This document shows, one piece after another, positions 37,183 to 47,724 of a stretch of 64,000 nt of DNA. The DNA comes from an uncultured Candidatus Saccharibacteria bacterium. GTDB lineage: Bacteria > Patescibacteriota > Saccharimonadia > Saccharimonadales > Saccharimonadaceae. Where the stretch lies: the NCBI GenBank assembly GCA_963525145.1, contig CAURIK010000003.1, positions 1,040 to 65,039 on the forward strand. The letters are read 5' to 3'. The notes under the pieces were generated by a model. That model worked only from the letters and a program-made list of their open reading frames with translations. It ran no database searches and was not told the DNA's origin. Made by a program: the position numbers and the translations under genes. Every line of letters starts with the position of its first letter. Position 1 is the first letter of the stretch.

Positions 37183-37865
37183 TGCCGATAACTCCCCTGC
37201 GCTTGGTCGCTAGTAATCTTACCGTGATCAACAGTGATAACGCGGCGCTTCAACCTATTGACAATCTCGACATTATGTGTTGTAAGTATAACTGTCGTGC
37301 CATACCGGTTAATCTTCTCAAGCAGGCGGACAATATCCCAACTATGCTTTGGATCGAGATTACCCGTTGGCTCGTCAGCGATTAGAATCTTTGGCTGGCG
37401 CACCACTGCCCGGGCAATCGCCACGCGCTGGCGCTCGCCACCTGATAATTGGTGCGGGAACTGCTTTTCCTTACCCTTTAGACCCACCAAGTCGATCACT
37501 TTTGGCACAGTATTTTTAATTTCGCGGTTAGTCATGCCGGCAATTTCTAGCGCAAAAGCCACATTTTCGAATACCGTCCGGTTCGGTAGTAACTTAAAAT
37601 CCTGAAAAACTACGCCAATTTTGCGGCGCAGCAACGGGATATGCTTGTCCTTGAGTTGGTCGTAATCAATACCGCCAACGACAATCTTGCCGCTAGTCGG
37701 CTTTTCTTCGCGCGTCAATAATTTGAGCAAGGTCGATTTACCAGCTCCGCTCGTCCCAACGATAATTACAAACTCATTCGGCTCGACATGCAGATTAACA
37801 CGGTCAAGCGCTGGCTTGCTGCCCTTACCGTACACCTTAGTCACTCTATCTAACAGAATCATCAC
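37179..37865 (-). CDS. ftsE: cell division ATP-binding protein FtsE
   Basis: GTSGAGKST, RR.IGVVFQDFKLL, LSGGE and DEPTGNLD. Confidence 0.93.
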   Translation of the reverse strand: MMILLDRVTKVYGKGSKPALDRVNLHVEPNEFVIIVGTSGAGKSTLLKLLTREEKPTSGKIVVGGIDYDQLKDKHIPLLRRKIGVVFQDFKLLPNRTVFENVAFALEIAGMTNREIKNTVPKVIDLVGLKGKEKQFPHQLSGGERQRVAIARAVVRQPKILIADEPTGNLDPKHSWDIVRLLEKINRYGTTVILTTHNVEIVNRLKRRVITVDHGKITSDQAQGSYRQ

Positions 37866-37904
37866 TACCTATTGTAGCATAAGCTAGTTTATAGTGATAG
37901 CCAG

Positions 37905-38990
37905 CTACTCGGTCGCTGCTTGCTGCTCGAGATATGCTTCGATAAAACCGTCAATGTCGCCATCTAGCACACCGCGGGCGTTATGCGTCTCAAATTTGGT
38001 GCGCGTATCCTTGACTAATGTGTAAGGGTGAAGCACGTAATTACGAATCTGCGCGCCCCAACTAGCCGACTCGCCTGCCCGCAGATCAGCTAGCGTTTCG
38101 GCGCGTTGTTCTAGCTGCATTTGCGCTAAGCGGCTTTTGAGGATTTTTAGCGCGGTTTCTTTGTTTTGGAGCTGGCTGCGCTCGTTTTGGATCGCCACTA
38201 CCGTACCTGTCGGCAAGTGGGTGATGCGCACTGCAGAATCAGTTGTATTGACTCCTTGCCCGCCGTTGCCGCCGCTGCGATAAATATCAATTCGCAAATC
38301 TTTGTCGTCGATTTCGACCTCGCCTGGCGCGTCCATTTCCGGCATGATTTCGACCAGTGCAAAGCTAGTCTGCCGCAAATTATCAGCGTTAAACGGACTG
38401 AGCCGCACCAGCCGGTGCACCCCATGCTCGCTGCGTAATTTGCCATAAGCGAAAGTACCGCGGATAATGTATGTCGCATTCTTGATACCGGCCTCTTCGC
38501 CTGTCGAGCACTCGACTAGCTCGGTTTGCATATCATGCTTTTCAGCCCAGCGCAGATACATTCGCTCTAGCATCTCTGCCCAATCCTGCGCATCCGTACC
38601 GCCAGCGCCAGCGCTCAACTTGAGAATCGCCGCTCGATTATCGTATTCGCCTGAGAATAGCAAATCTTTGCGACGCTCCTGGTATTCTGCCTCGAGAGCT
38701 GCCAACTGCTCGGTAAACTCTGCCAACATCGAGTCGTCGCCTAAATCCATTAGTTCAACAATATCCGAGATTTGCGAACGTAAAATCTGCCACGGCTCAA
38801 TTTGCGAACGCAAGCTCGCCGCCTGCCGCGTCAGCATCTGCGCCCGCTCGACATTCGCCCAGACGTTCGAATCGGCCAGCTGTTCATCAAGCACTGCCAG
38901 CTCTTCGGCGCGAGCGTCAATATGCAAAGCCTGGCAAGCGCTAGCTACGCGGGCGCGGAGATCTTCAGCTTGTTTTCGTAACGGCTGCAT
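37905..38990 (-). CDS. prfB: peptide chain release factor 2
   Basis: SPF specificity motif, GGQ, GAGGTDAQDW; continuous ORF. Confidence 0.95.
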   Translation of the reverse strand: MQPLRKQAEDLRARVASACQALHIDARAEELAVLDEQLADSNVWANVERAQMLTRQAASLRSQIEPWQILRSQISDIVELMDLGDDSMLAEFTEQLAALEAEYQERRKDLLFSGEYDNRAAILKLSAGAGGTDAQDWAEMLERMYLRWAEKHDMQTELVECSTGEEAGIKNATYIIRGTFAYGKLRSEHGVHRLVRLSPFNADNLRQTSFALVEIMPEMDAPGEVEIDDKDLRIDIYRSGGNGGQGVNTTDSAVRITHLPTGTVVAIQNERSQLQNKETALKILKSRLAQMQLEQRAETLADLRAGESASWGAQIRNYVLHPYTLVKDTRTKFETHNARGVLDGDIDGFIEAYLEQQAATE

Positions 38991-38995
38991 AAAAC

Positions 38996-40087
38996 CTAGG
39001 CAACAGTCTCGTCTTGATTTTGGCTGGTGTCATCTGATTTGCGGCGAGTTGATTTCTTGGTAGAGGTTGACTCTACGGTTGTCGGCTCGGTAGCAGGTTC
39101 GGATTCAACAGGTTCAGAAACATTAGACTGAGCAGCAACTGGCGCAACGCTCTGCGGCTGATTTTGCGGTTCAACCACACCCTTCCAATAGTCAATCTGG
39201 CTCAACCGGCGTACCAAAAACGGATGATCGCTGAAGGTCTGTGCAAAATGATTCATCGGGCGCTCAGCTGTGTACTGCATCCACTGGCGCGCTACCTCGT
39301 TCATACTGTCTGCCGCATCAGGTCCGACATGCACCTTGATCAGCGATTTCTTGACTAATTCGCTATCGCCCAAATACATCAAGGCTAGACGATCGGCGGT
39401 TAACTCGGCACGGCGATGCCAGAATCCAGAAATCCAACTACCCAATACGCTGATAATCGGAATCGACAAAAACGGCATCAAATACACATTAGCGTTGGCA
39501 TGGCGGTATTTGATATGTGCCATTTCATGTACGACGATCACTTTTAGCTCATCCTTGGTCAAGTAGCGAATCGATCCAGAATGCAACACGATAGAATATG
39601 GCCTAGCAAAACCAAAAGCATAAGCATTCATCACTGGATTCTGGGTGATGAAAATCTCGACTTGCGGCATCTCTAGATCAGCCGACACCTGGTTAGCCCA
39701 ATCACGCAACCACGCGTAAGCGCTATATTCAACTTGCAAGGCATTACCCAGCATTTGCTGGCGCATCATCCGCACCATGAACATGCCAATACCCAGCAGC
39801 ATACCCAATCCCATAATCATAAAAACTATCGCCAGCAATACAGCAATCACGCCATCGCTGAACGATAACTCAACGTGGTGTCCAGCATTGTCTGTTGACA
39901 TTTCCTGGAATGTTGTATAGATAAAATAGCTAGCCGCAAAGAAACAAAAGATAATGATAGTTATTGTCAGAACGACATTATCTTGCGCATTGCGAGCCCG
40001 CGCTACGGCAAGCTGGCCTTTGGTTTGCGCCTGCGATTGCGGCGGCTGCTGATACTGTTGGTATTGCTGGTACGGCTGTTGATCCAT
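38996..40087 (-). CDS. M48 (HtpX-like) membrane zinc metallopeptidase
   Basis: NAYA.G, HEMAH, E..AD and HP motifs; two N-terminal TMs. Confidence 0.85.
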   Translation of the reverse strand: MDQQPYQQYQQYQQPPQSQAQTKGQLAVARARNAQDNVVLTITIIIFCFFAASYFIYTTFQEMSTDNAGHHVELSFSDGVIAVLLAIVFMIMGLGMLLGIGMFMVRMMRQQMLGNALQVEYSAYAWLRDWANQVSADLEMPQVEIFITQNPVMNAYAFGFARPYSIVLHSGSIRYLTKDELKVIVVHEMAHIKYRHANANVYLMPFLSIPIISVLGSWISGFWHRRAELTADRLALMYLGDSELVKKSLIKVHVGPDAADSMNEVARQWMQYTAERPMNHFAQTFSDHPFLVRRLSQIDYWKGVVEPQNQPQSVAPVAAQSNVSEPVESEPATEPTTVESTSTKKSTRRKSDDTSQNQDETVA

Positions 40088-40249
40088 AAACCCTCCGATT
40101 AGATACTATCTCAAGACTCGCGCCTATTCCTGCTTATTATAGCAGTATTAACAGCAATAAGCAGCAATTTCGGCGTTTCAAATCTGCCAAAACTGCGAGC
40201 TCTGGCATTGTCGTGGATATCGTTATGGCGGTTTTGCTATACTTTTTGT

Positions 40250-40879
40250 ATGAAGATCGGCATATTTGATACAGGAACCGGCGGCGAATTGGTAGCAAAG
40301 CGATTGAAAGAATTACTGCCGCAACATTCATATATCATGGCGATTGACCGCGAGCACGCGCCGTATGGCAATCGTTCGCCAGAAGAGATTATCGCGCTAA
40401 CCAATGCCGCCATTCAGCCGCTATTATCGTGCGATATCATCATTCTGGCGTGTAATACTGCCACTACTAATGCCCTTAAACAGCTGCAGCAACTTTATCC
40501 AGATGTTCGCTTTATTGGTTTTGAACCGATGATCAAATCGGCCGCTGCCTCGACCAGATCGCATCGCATTACCCTGCTAGCGACAAATGCCACCAAACAA
40601 AGCCAGCGCCTGCGCACACTCATCAGCGATTATGCTTCTGATATTCGAATTGACGCGCCAGATACTCGCGCGTGGGCGCGTATGATTGATCAAGGTTTGG
40701 CCGGCGATATTGCGCTGGACGAGGTGTTGGCCAGTGTTGCCGGCGGCAGCGATGTTATTATTCTGGGCTGCACGCATTATCTGGCACTCGAGAAGCAATT
40801 GCAAAGCCTTTTTCCGCATTGCCGCATTCTCGAGCCCACCGCAAGCATCGCCAAGCAGATCAGCGATTTCGCTATTTAG
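40250..40879 (+). CDS. murI: glutamate racemase
   Basis: IGIFDTG.GG, PYG.R, ACNTA and LGCTHY; start MKIGI 6 nt after TATACT. Confidence 0.92.
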   Translation: MKIGIFDTGTGGELVAKRLKELLPQHSYIMAIDREHAPYGNRSPEEIIALTNAAIQPLLSCDIIILACNTATTNALKQLQQLYPDVRFIGFEPMIKSAAASTRSHRITLLATNATKQSQRLRTLISDYASDIRIDAPDTRAWARMIDQGLAGDIALDEVLASVAGGSDVIILGCTHYLALEKQLQSLFPHCRILEPTASIAKQISDFAI

Positions 40880-40960
40880 TTAACTGCTACGCCATCTAGC
40901 TTCTGCTAGCAAGACTGAAGTTTGCTTTATATTATCGTACGAGACGGAGGTTTGCCGCGA

Positions 40961-42313
40961 TTAGAGCTTTTCTACCGCCGCCACAAACTGATCGCCGCGA
41001 TCTGAGTAACTTTTGAACATATCAAAGCTGGCGGCCGCTGGGCTGAGAATCACCGCGTCGCCAGGCCGCGCTAGACCCGCTGCCGCTTCGACAACCTCTG
41101 GCATTGGCGCCATTTCCAGCTGCATAACTTGGCAAGAAACCTTATTTTTATGTAAAATTTCGATAATCTCGCTGGCGTTAGCACCGTTGACAATCACTGC
41201 CCGCATTTGCTGCCTGGCGATTTCCTGCGCTAATTCCGTATAGTCCGCACCCTTGTCAGAGCCGCCCAAAATCAAAATTTTTGGCTCCGTGAAAGCTTTT
41301 AGCGCCGCAATAGCGCTGCCCGGCGTGGTCGAAATGCTATCGTCGTAATATTTCACGCCGTTTTTCTCGGCAACGAATTTTAGGCGGTGCGGCAATCCTG
41401 TAAAACTCTCTAATCCAGCCGCGTACTGCTCATCAGTCACGGTGATTGGCAGTTTCGTCACCGCGCTCATCGCCGCACAGGCATTCTCTAGATTATGTGC
41501 GCCCGGCAAACGCAAATGGCTGGTGCTGCAAATCTGCCGATTTTGCACGCAAAAGTAGCCGTCCTGAACATAAACTTGGTCATCGTCAGGAATAGCGTAG
41601 CGCTGCGCAAAATCCAGCGTATCACCATGATTATCGCCCGTATCTAGCAGCCTATCAAGCGGCGCGGCAGCCACTTCCCGCGAATATTTATTCGTCGGGT
41701 GATATAAACAGGCATCGCCAAGATGCTGGTGGCAGCGAATGTTTTTCTTAGCATTGAGGTAGTCGGCGAAATCCGTATGAACATTCAGATGATCCGGCTC
41801 GATCATCAGCACCACCGCAATGTGCGGCGATTTTTCTAGATCCCACAGCTGGAAGCTGGACAATTCGTAAACCACAATATCGTCTTTTTTGATTTTTGGC
41901 AAAACATCCAGCGCCGGCACGCCAATGTTGCCGACCAGATGTACCGTCTGATCAGCTTGCCGTAATATCGCCGCGATTAGGCTGCACGTCGTCCCCTTGC
42001 CTTTCGTCCCTGTTACGCCGATAATCGGCGCCGGACATTTGTCGAAAAATTCATTGGTCGCCGACCAAATCTTGCCGCGAGTTTTAATATTGCGCGGCGG
42101 CAAGCTGGCCGTCCGCACCACCAAATCAGCATCGCCCAGCTGTTCGCTGAAGGCATTTTTGCCAGAAATCAACCTAACACCACTCGGAATAGCCGGCAGT
42201 TTATCCGCCGGACGTTCATCGGCCACCACAAACTCCGCATCAGGAAATTTCTGCTGGAAATATATCAGATTTGATATGCCTTCTATGCCATATCCTGCTA
42301 TGATTATTTTCAT
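40961..42313 (-). CDS. murD: UDP-MurNAc-L-Ala--D-glutamate ligase
   Basis: GVTGTKGKGTT, GNIG, ELSSFQL, HRL, DDS.ST and SPAAASFDMF. Confidence 0.95.
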   Translation of the reverse strand: MKIIIAGYGIEGISNLIYFQQKFPDAEFVVADERPADKLPAIPSGVRLISGKNAFSEQLGDADLVVRTASLPPRNIKTRGKIWSATNEFFDKCPAPIIGVTGTKGKGTTCSLIAAILRQADQTVHLVGNIGVPALDVLPKIKKDDIVVYELSSFQLWDLEKSPHIAVVLMIEPDHLNVHTDFADYLNAKKNIRCHQHLGDACLYHPTNKYSREVAAAPLDRLLDTGDNHGDTLDFAQRYAIPDDDQVYVQDGYFCVQNRQICSTSHLRLPGAHNLENACAAMSAVTKLPITVTDEQYAAGLESFTGLPHRLKFVAEKNGVKYYDDSISTTPGSAIAALKAFTEPKILILGGSDKGADYTELAQEIARQQMRAVIVNGANASEIIEILHKNKVSCQVMQLEMAPMPEVVEAAAGLARPGDAVILSPAAASFDMFKSYSDRGDQFVAAVEKL

Positions 42314-42461
42314 ATTACCCATTATAGCACGAGCGATATCTGATGACATACCAAATTTGAGTTGACTACATATTCATTTAGTGATATATATATATTAATC
42401 TTTTGCGCCGACCCGCAGGAGATAGAACGTTTCCGTCTATTAATTCAGAAGGAGGACCACC

Positions 42462-43235
42462 GTGTGGTGGTTTATTGCGGCGGTGGTTTGCACCATCGTT
42501 GGATTCTTTATCGCGACTTGCGTCGCCGTTGTCACATCTGGCGAAGGCGACGGGTTCTCTAGATTTGCAGGCATCACGGCCTTCGTCGTGATTGTGCTCT
42601 ACACGTTTGCAAACCTCGCCGTTTACGGTTGTTCTTTGCCGCACACTGAGAGAGAACGAACAGCAACCTTTGCAGAAGCCGCCTCGTTCTATGGTATGGA
42701 CAGTGGAGTTTCTTACCCACTGTCCATAGGCGACAAGTCATTAACTCTGTCGGGGAATATGACCATCAATGGAGGTCTGTTTCACGTTAGCGGCCACGCA
42801 CAGTTCCAAGGGGGTACCTCTCTGCTGGTTGACTTCCGTCGCAACGACGGAACCAGCGAAATCCTCGAGATCCCGCTGGCTAACATTGAGTTCACCGTAA
42901 TTTCTGATAGTGAAGCGTCAACCATGACGCTCAATCTCGATAACTCCTCGTGGTCCGCCACAGGCTACCAGATGAACGAGAAATTTGATCGCGACTGCCA
43001 CGCCTCATTTCGATTTGGCTGGTGGCCTGCGAAGTGCACCACAAGCTTACAAAGCTTCGTTATCACCCCCTCGGTAAATGAGGGTTTGGCGGGAGTCCTT
43101 CAGAAGGTTCTCGCCAACGGCAACGCCGGCAAGTTTGTCCTGATGAGGGTCCACAGACCCGACTATGATCGGATTGTCGGCTCTGCCAGCACCCCAGAGA
43201 CGGAGACACCAGCTCCGTCACCCACCCAGAATTGA
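42462..43235 (+). CDS. hypothetical membrane protein
   Basis: 257 aa, two N-terminal TMs, GAAGGAGG SD before GTG, own terminator. Confidence 0.75.
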   Translation: MWWFIAAVVCTIVGFFIATCVAVVTSGEGDGFSRFAGITAFVVIVLYTFANLAVYGCSLPHTERERTATFAEAASFYGMDSGVSYPLSIGDKSLTLSGNMTINGGLFHVSGHAQFQGGTSLLVDFRRNDGTSEILEIPLANIEFTVISDSEASTMTLNLDNSSWSATGYQMNEKFDRDCHASFRFGWWPAKCTTSLQSFVITPSVNEGLAGVLQKVLANGNAGKFVLMRVHRPDYDRIVGSASTPETETPAPSPTQN

Positions 43236-43236
43236 G

Positions 43237-43276
43237 AGTAAAATGCTCCGCTGGGTCGGCGGCGGAGCATTTTACT
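43237..43276. terminator. bidirectional intrinsic terminator
   Basis: AGTAAAATGCTCCGCTG/CGGCGGAGCATTTTACT 17-bp stem between convergent genes. Confidence 0.85.
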
Positions 43277-43295
43277 TTTGATTGAAATTATTATT

Positions 43296-44573
43296 CTAAA
43301 ACAGCTTTTCTAGCTTATCATTTAGCCGCGTCAGTGATTTCTGATCGCTAGCACTGACACCAGCCAGCACCCAGGTGTCCGCGCCGATAAATTCGCGCGC
43401 CGTCGCGATCATGCGTTCGCGAGTGATGTTGCGGATTGCTTCGGGCACGCGCTCATAATCCTTGACAAAACCATCGCCGAAATAGCGCCCGCTATAGAAA
43501 TTGCTAATCTGTGCGACCGTCTGCGCCCCCATCTGGTGACGCCCTAGCGCGTAGGACTGCGCTGCCGACAGTTCTTCTTCGCTAATCTGCCCGTCGAGCA
43601 CCGCTCGCACTTCGCCGGCGATAATGTCGAAAAGCCGGTCAGCGGTCTCGACATTGACCTGCCCGCCAAAATCCCAGCTACTATCATAAAAACCGGCGCT
43701 AGCTTCACTAAACATGCCGTAAGCCAAACCCTTTTTGCGAGCGGCACCGAAGATACGCGAGTGCATCGTGCCGGTCAAGATATGATTCAAACACGACATT
43801 GCTTCTAGCTCAGCGTCATTGATTTCGCGCGGCAGCGACATGCTCCAACCAAAGGTCAGATTAGTCGCTTCCTTGCGCTTAATCAGAGTCGGGTCAGCCT
43901 TTTTCAAAACATCGCGCGGTACCGTGAAACGTTCGCCGCGCGACAACTCCCAGCCCTCAAGCATACTTTTAATCTGCTCGCGCCGACCGTCGAGCTTACC
44001 AGCAATCACAAAGCGCATATTATCCGAGGTGTGAGTTTTTTGGTGGTGACGCTGAATATCCTCGAGCGTGATATTATTAATCGTCCGCAAACGCTGCCAA
44101 AACGTATAAACGTCCTCGCCCAGCAGCTGCTGAACTTTCGGCCAAAGCACGCGGCCGTGATTGTTCAAATATCCCGTTAGTTCGCTGCGAACATTGCCCT
44201 TTTCGGCCTCTAGAGATTCTTGCTGAAAGCGCGGTTGGCAAATCGCCACTTGCTGCAATTCTAAAATCCGATCCCATTCAAAATCAGCGCAGTCAGCCAC
44301 ATACACCATTGACAAGTCGCTTGTCCATGCATTATGGTACGCGCCATTTTTGGTGAATTCTGCTTCGTAAGCATGCTCGCTTGGAAACTTAGCGTTTGCA
44401 CCAAACGACATATGCTCCATCACATGAGCGGTTTCATAAATATTTTTGCGTCCAACATAGCGGTTGCCAGCGCGAAATTGAAACTGGAAGCTCATCACCG
44501 TTGCGCCAGGCACGTCAATAAGCAGCCCACGCGAACCATTGTCGAGCCGTACTTCTGTTACTGTGTGTTTCAT
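43296..44573 (-). CDS. M16 family (pitrilysin-like) peptidase
   Basis: HVMEH inverted zinc motif, NA.TS, SRIF...RKKGLAY. Confidence 0.88.
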   Translation of the reverse strand: MKHTVTEVRLDNGSRGLLIDVPGATVMSFQFQFRAGNRYVGRKNIYETAHVMEHMSFGANAKFPSEHAYEAEFTKNGAYHNAWTSDLSMVYVADCADFEWDRILELQQVAICQPRFQQESLEAEKGNVRSELTGYLNNHGRVLWPKVQQLLGEDVYTFWQRLRTINNITLEDIQRHHQKTHTSDNMRFVIAGKLDGRREQIKSMLEGWELSRGERFTVPRDVLKKADPTLIKRKEATNLTFGWSMSLPREINDAELEAMSCLNHILTGTMHSRIFGAARKKGLAYGMFSEASAGFYDSSWDFGGQVNVETADRLFDIIAGEVRAVLDGQISEEELSAAQSYALGRHQMGAQTVAQISNFYSGRYFGDGFVKDYERVPEAIRNITRERMIATAREFIGADTWVLAGVSASDQKSLTRLNDKLEKLF

Positions 44574-47207
44574 CTAGCGGCTCTTTTTTCGATTCTGGCG
44601 CTTGGCCTTTTTCTTTTTGCGGGCAACGTTGCGCCTATGATTAGTTTCGGCGGTCGAGGCAGCTCTTTTTATTGAACCGCCGAAATCGTGATCGCGATTC
44701 TCTTCGCCGCCAGTGATTTCGTTGACTCCATGCTCGACCGAGGTCTCGGCAAGCTTCGTCAATTCCGTTTGGTGATCATCGTCAATTGATTCGCGGCTAA
44801 TAGCGTCTGTGGCGCGCACATGATAAATAGCACGCAAGACTTCCTCGCGCAGTGTCGCTTGCAAGCTATCAAACAGCTTCTGCGACTCACTGCGGTATTC
44901 AACCAGCGGGTCGCGCTGGCCGACACTGCGCCAGTGAATACCTTCACGCAAATGCTGCATATTTTCGAGGTGCTGCATCCACAGCGTATCAAGTACTTGC
45001 AGATAAACTTCGCGCTCAACCCCGCGGATTAGATCGTCGCCGAGCTCTCTTTCTTTGGCTGTATACATTTTTTGTGCAGCAGCTAACGCTTTATCGCGGC
45101 GCTGACTATCTTTTTTGATCGCGCCAATTTTTTCAATTTCGTCGACCTCCAGCGGGATAATCTCTGCAAACTCTTCGACAAACTTTGGATTATTCTTGGC
45201 TGGCACCTCTGTTAATTTATTAACCATCGCCCGCAGCAAACGCTGAATTTCTGGTTTGATATTATCGCCTTCAAGGATTTTGCGGCGCACCGTGTAAACA
45301 ACTTTGCGATGGCGATTAATAACATTATCGTACTGAACAACATTTTTGCGCGTATCAAAGTTATAGCCTTCGACTCGCTTCTGCGCTGCCTCCAATGTCT
45401 TGCTGACGGCACGATTCTGGATTGCCGTTTCTTCATCGACACCTAAACGTTCTAACACATTAGCAATCCGCTCACCCTGAAAGATACGCATCAAATCGTC
45501 CTCGGTCGAAACATAAAACTGCGTATCGCCCGGGTCTCCCTGCCGGCCGCCGCGGCCGCGCAGCTGATTATCAATCCGGCGCGATTCGTGGCGCTCTGAA
45601 CCAATGACCACTAGACCGCCCAGTTCTTTGACACCCGGCCCAAGTTTAATATCGGTGCCGCGCCCAGCAATATTAGTAGCTAACGTAATCGCGCCCTTTT
45701 CGCCAGCATGCGAGATAATCTCTGCTTCGCGCTCGTTGTTCTTGGCATTTAGAATTTCGTACTTAATACCTTCGCTATCCAAATATTTGGCGATCATTTC
45801 GTTTTTAGCGATTGAACCAGAGCCAACCAACACCGGACGGCCTTCATCGTGATATTCTTTAATCGCTTGGGCCACCGCCTTCAGCTTACCTTTCTCAGTC
45901 TTGTAGATTAAGTCCTGATGGTCCTGGCGAGTAATCGGTTTGTTCGGCGGCACCACCACTACGTCAAGCGAATAAATTTGTTGAAACTCTTCAGCCTCAG
46001 TGAAAGCAGTACCGGTCATACCGCTAAGTTTTTTGTACAGTCGGAAGTAATTCTGAAAGGAAATCGTCGCTAGCGTCATGCTTTCCTGCAATACTGGTAC
46101 TCCTTCTTTGGCTTCAATCGCCTGGTGCAAACCCTCGCTATAACGATTACCTTGCTTGAGCCGACCAGTGTGCTCGTCAACGATTATCACCTCGCCGTCG
46201 TTTGTCACCACATAGTCTTTGTCGCGATGAAACAGCGTTTGCGCCCGCAAAGCTTGATCCATATGGTAAACGCTGCGCACATACTCTGGCGTGTATAAGT
46301 TTTTTATACCTAGCATTTTTTGGACTTTCTCGACGCCTTCGTCAGTAAGAGCTACCTGCTTGCGCTTCTCTTCCAAAGTATAATCCTCTGGCGTCAATTT
46401 CGCCGCAATCTTGGCAAATTGATAGTAGCTATCAGGATTTTCAGCAGCCGGCGCGCTAATAATCAGCGGCGTCCGCGCTTCATCGATCAGAATCGAGTCC
46501 ACCTCATCGACAATCGCAAAATTCAAATCGCGCTGGCGCACAAGCTCGATATCGTTAACCATGTTGTCGCGCAAATAATCAAAGCCGAATTCATTATTAG
46601 TACCATAAGTAATATCTGCCTGGTAAGCTTCTTTACGGGTGCACGGACGAAGCTTTTTCATGCGCGGATCAGTATGCGCCTCATTGTCATAATTTTCGTC
46701 GTACAAGAATGAAGCCTCATTGATGATCACGCCGGTCGATAAACCTAACGCATTATAAATTTGCCCCATCCAGCCAGCATCGCGCTGCGCCAGATAATCG
46801 TTGACAGTCACAACATGTACGCCTTTACCTTCGAGCGCATTCAAGTAGGCTGCTAGCGTCGACATCAAAGTTTTACCTTCGCCAGTTTTCAGCTCGGCCA
46901 CGCTGCCCTCATGCAGTACCATTGAACCAATCAGCTGCACATCATAATGGCGCTCGCCGATTGTTCGATCGGCCATCTCGCGCACCACCGCAAAAGCGTC
47001 TGGCAAAATCGTATCAAGCGTCACAGATTTCTTCTGCAAACGCTTGCGCAAAACATCGGTTTGGCCAGCCAATTCTTCGTCGGATAATTTCTTGTATTTC
47101 GGGCCAAGCGCATTAATTTCGTCGACTTTCTTTTGTAAACGCCGCAAAATCCGCTTCTGCGGGTCACCGAAAACCTTCGTCAGCACCTTCTGTTGTGTTA
47201 TCGCCAT
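44574..47207 (-). CDS. secA: preprotein translocase ATPase SecA
   Basis: KTGEGKT, DEVDSILIDEARTPLIIS, AGRGTDI and GR.GRQGDPG. Confidence 0.97.
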   Translation of the reverse strand: MAITQQKVLTKVFGDPQKRILRRLQKKVDEINALGPKYKKLSDEELAGQTDVLRKRLQKKSVTLDTILPDAFAVVREMADRTIGERHYDVQLIGSMVLHEGSVAELKTGEGKTLMSTLAAYLNALEGKGVHVVTVNDYLAQRDAGWMGQIYNALGLSTGVIINEASFLYDENYDNEAHTDPRMKKLRPCTRKEAYQADITYGTNNEFGFDYLRDNMVNDIELVRQRDLNFAIVDEVDSILIDEARTPLIISAPAAENPDSYYQFAKIAAKLTPEDYTLEEKRKQVALTDEGVEKVQKMLGIKNLYTPEYVRSVYHMDQALRAQTLFHRDKDYVVTNDGEVIIVDEHTGRLKQGNRYSEGLHQAIEAKEGVPVLQESMTLATISFQNYFRLYKKLSGMTGTAFTEAEEFQQIYSLDVVVVPPNKPITRQDHQDLIYKTEKGKLKAVAQAIKEYHDEGRPVLVGSGSIAKNEMIAKYLDSEGIKYEILNAKNNEREAEIISHAGEKGAITLATNIAGRGTDIKLGPGVKELGGLVVIGSERHESRRIDNQLRGRGGRQGDPGDTQFYVSTEDDLMRIFQGERIANVLERLGVDEETAIQNRAVSKTLEAAQKRVEGYNFDTRKNVVQYDNVINRHRKVVYTVRRKILEGDNIKPEIQRLLRAMVNKLTEVPAKNNPKFVEEFAEIIPLEVDEIEKIGAIKKDSQRRDKALAAAQKMYTAKERELGDDLIRGVEREVYLQVLDTLWMQHLENMQHLREGIHWRSVGQRDPLVEYRSESQKLFDSLQATLREEVLRAIYHVRATDAISRESIDDDHQTELTKLAETSVEHGVNEITGGEENRDHDFGGSIKRAASTAETNHRRNVARKKKKAKRQNRKKSR

Positions 47208-47237
47208 AACGTCAAATTTCCCTCACTTTCAGGTATT

Positions 47238-47283
47238 TTCCAAAAACTCCCCTAATTATAACTGTTTTCGGGGAGTTTTGGAA
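47238..47283 (-). terminator. hpf terminator with a secA -10 in its loop
   Basis: AAAACTCCCC/GGGGAGTTTT stem with U-run; TATAAT (47260-47255) in the loop. Confidence 0.6.
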
Positions 47284-47301
47284 GAGGCTGCTACTAAATC
47301 G

Positions 47302-47679
47302 CTACTGCGTTTCGCGGTCAAAACCGCGTTTGAACCGCGCCAGTATATCGCGCCGGCCAACATGAGCTAACAAATTTTGCTTGTACTTGCGAAGCTGCCC
47401 GGCTAGCTTGCGCTCGACGATATCAGTTGCTGCCATAACGTTCATTGTCGAATCTTTAGCTTTGATAACCTGATCCGGCACGTTAATAATCACTTCGACT
47501 TCATATTTGTTGCCGTTATCGCGATTGACTTCCTCAATCTTCACCGAAGCACTCATAGTTTTGCGAGCATGCCGCGTCACTAAGCGATCTAATCTGCCGA
47601 TTTTCTTGCTAATATATTTTTTCGTCGGTTCATCCAAAACGTAGCCGCCTACGCCAGTTATATCAATATCTGCAATCAT
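47302..47679 (-). CDS. raiA: ribosome hibernation factor HPF/RaiA
   Basis: Y...KI..L, A..D....KL..QLRKYK; upstream of secA as in Firmicutes. Confidence 0.85.
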   Translation of the reverse strand: MIADIDITGVGGYVLDEPTKKYISKKIGRLDRLVTRHARKTMSASVKIEEVNRDNGNKYEVEVIINVPDQVIKAKDSTMNVMAATDIVERKLAGQLRKYKQNLLAHVGRRDILARFKRGFDRETQ

Positions 47680-47724
47680 CTTGATCCCTTTCGTTAAACC
47701 GATAATGTATTTTAATTATAGCAT

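Noticed and set aside
40040..40087. Gln/Tyr repeat at the M48 peptidase N-terminus as a contingency locus
   Set aside because: Codons are degenerate rather than a perfect DNA tandem repeat
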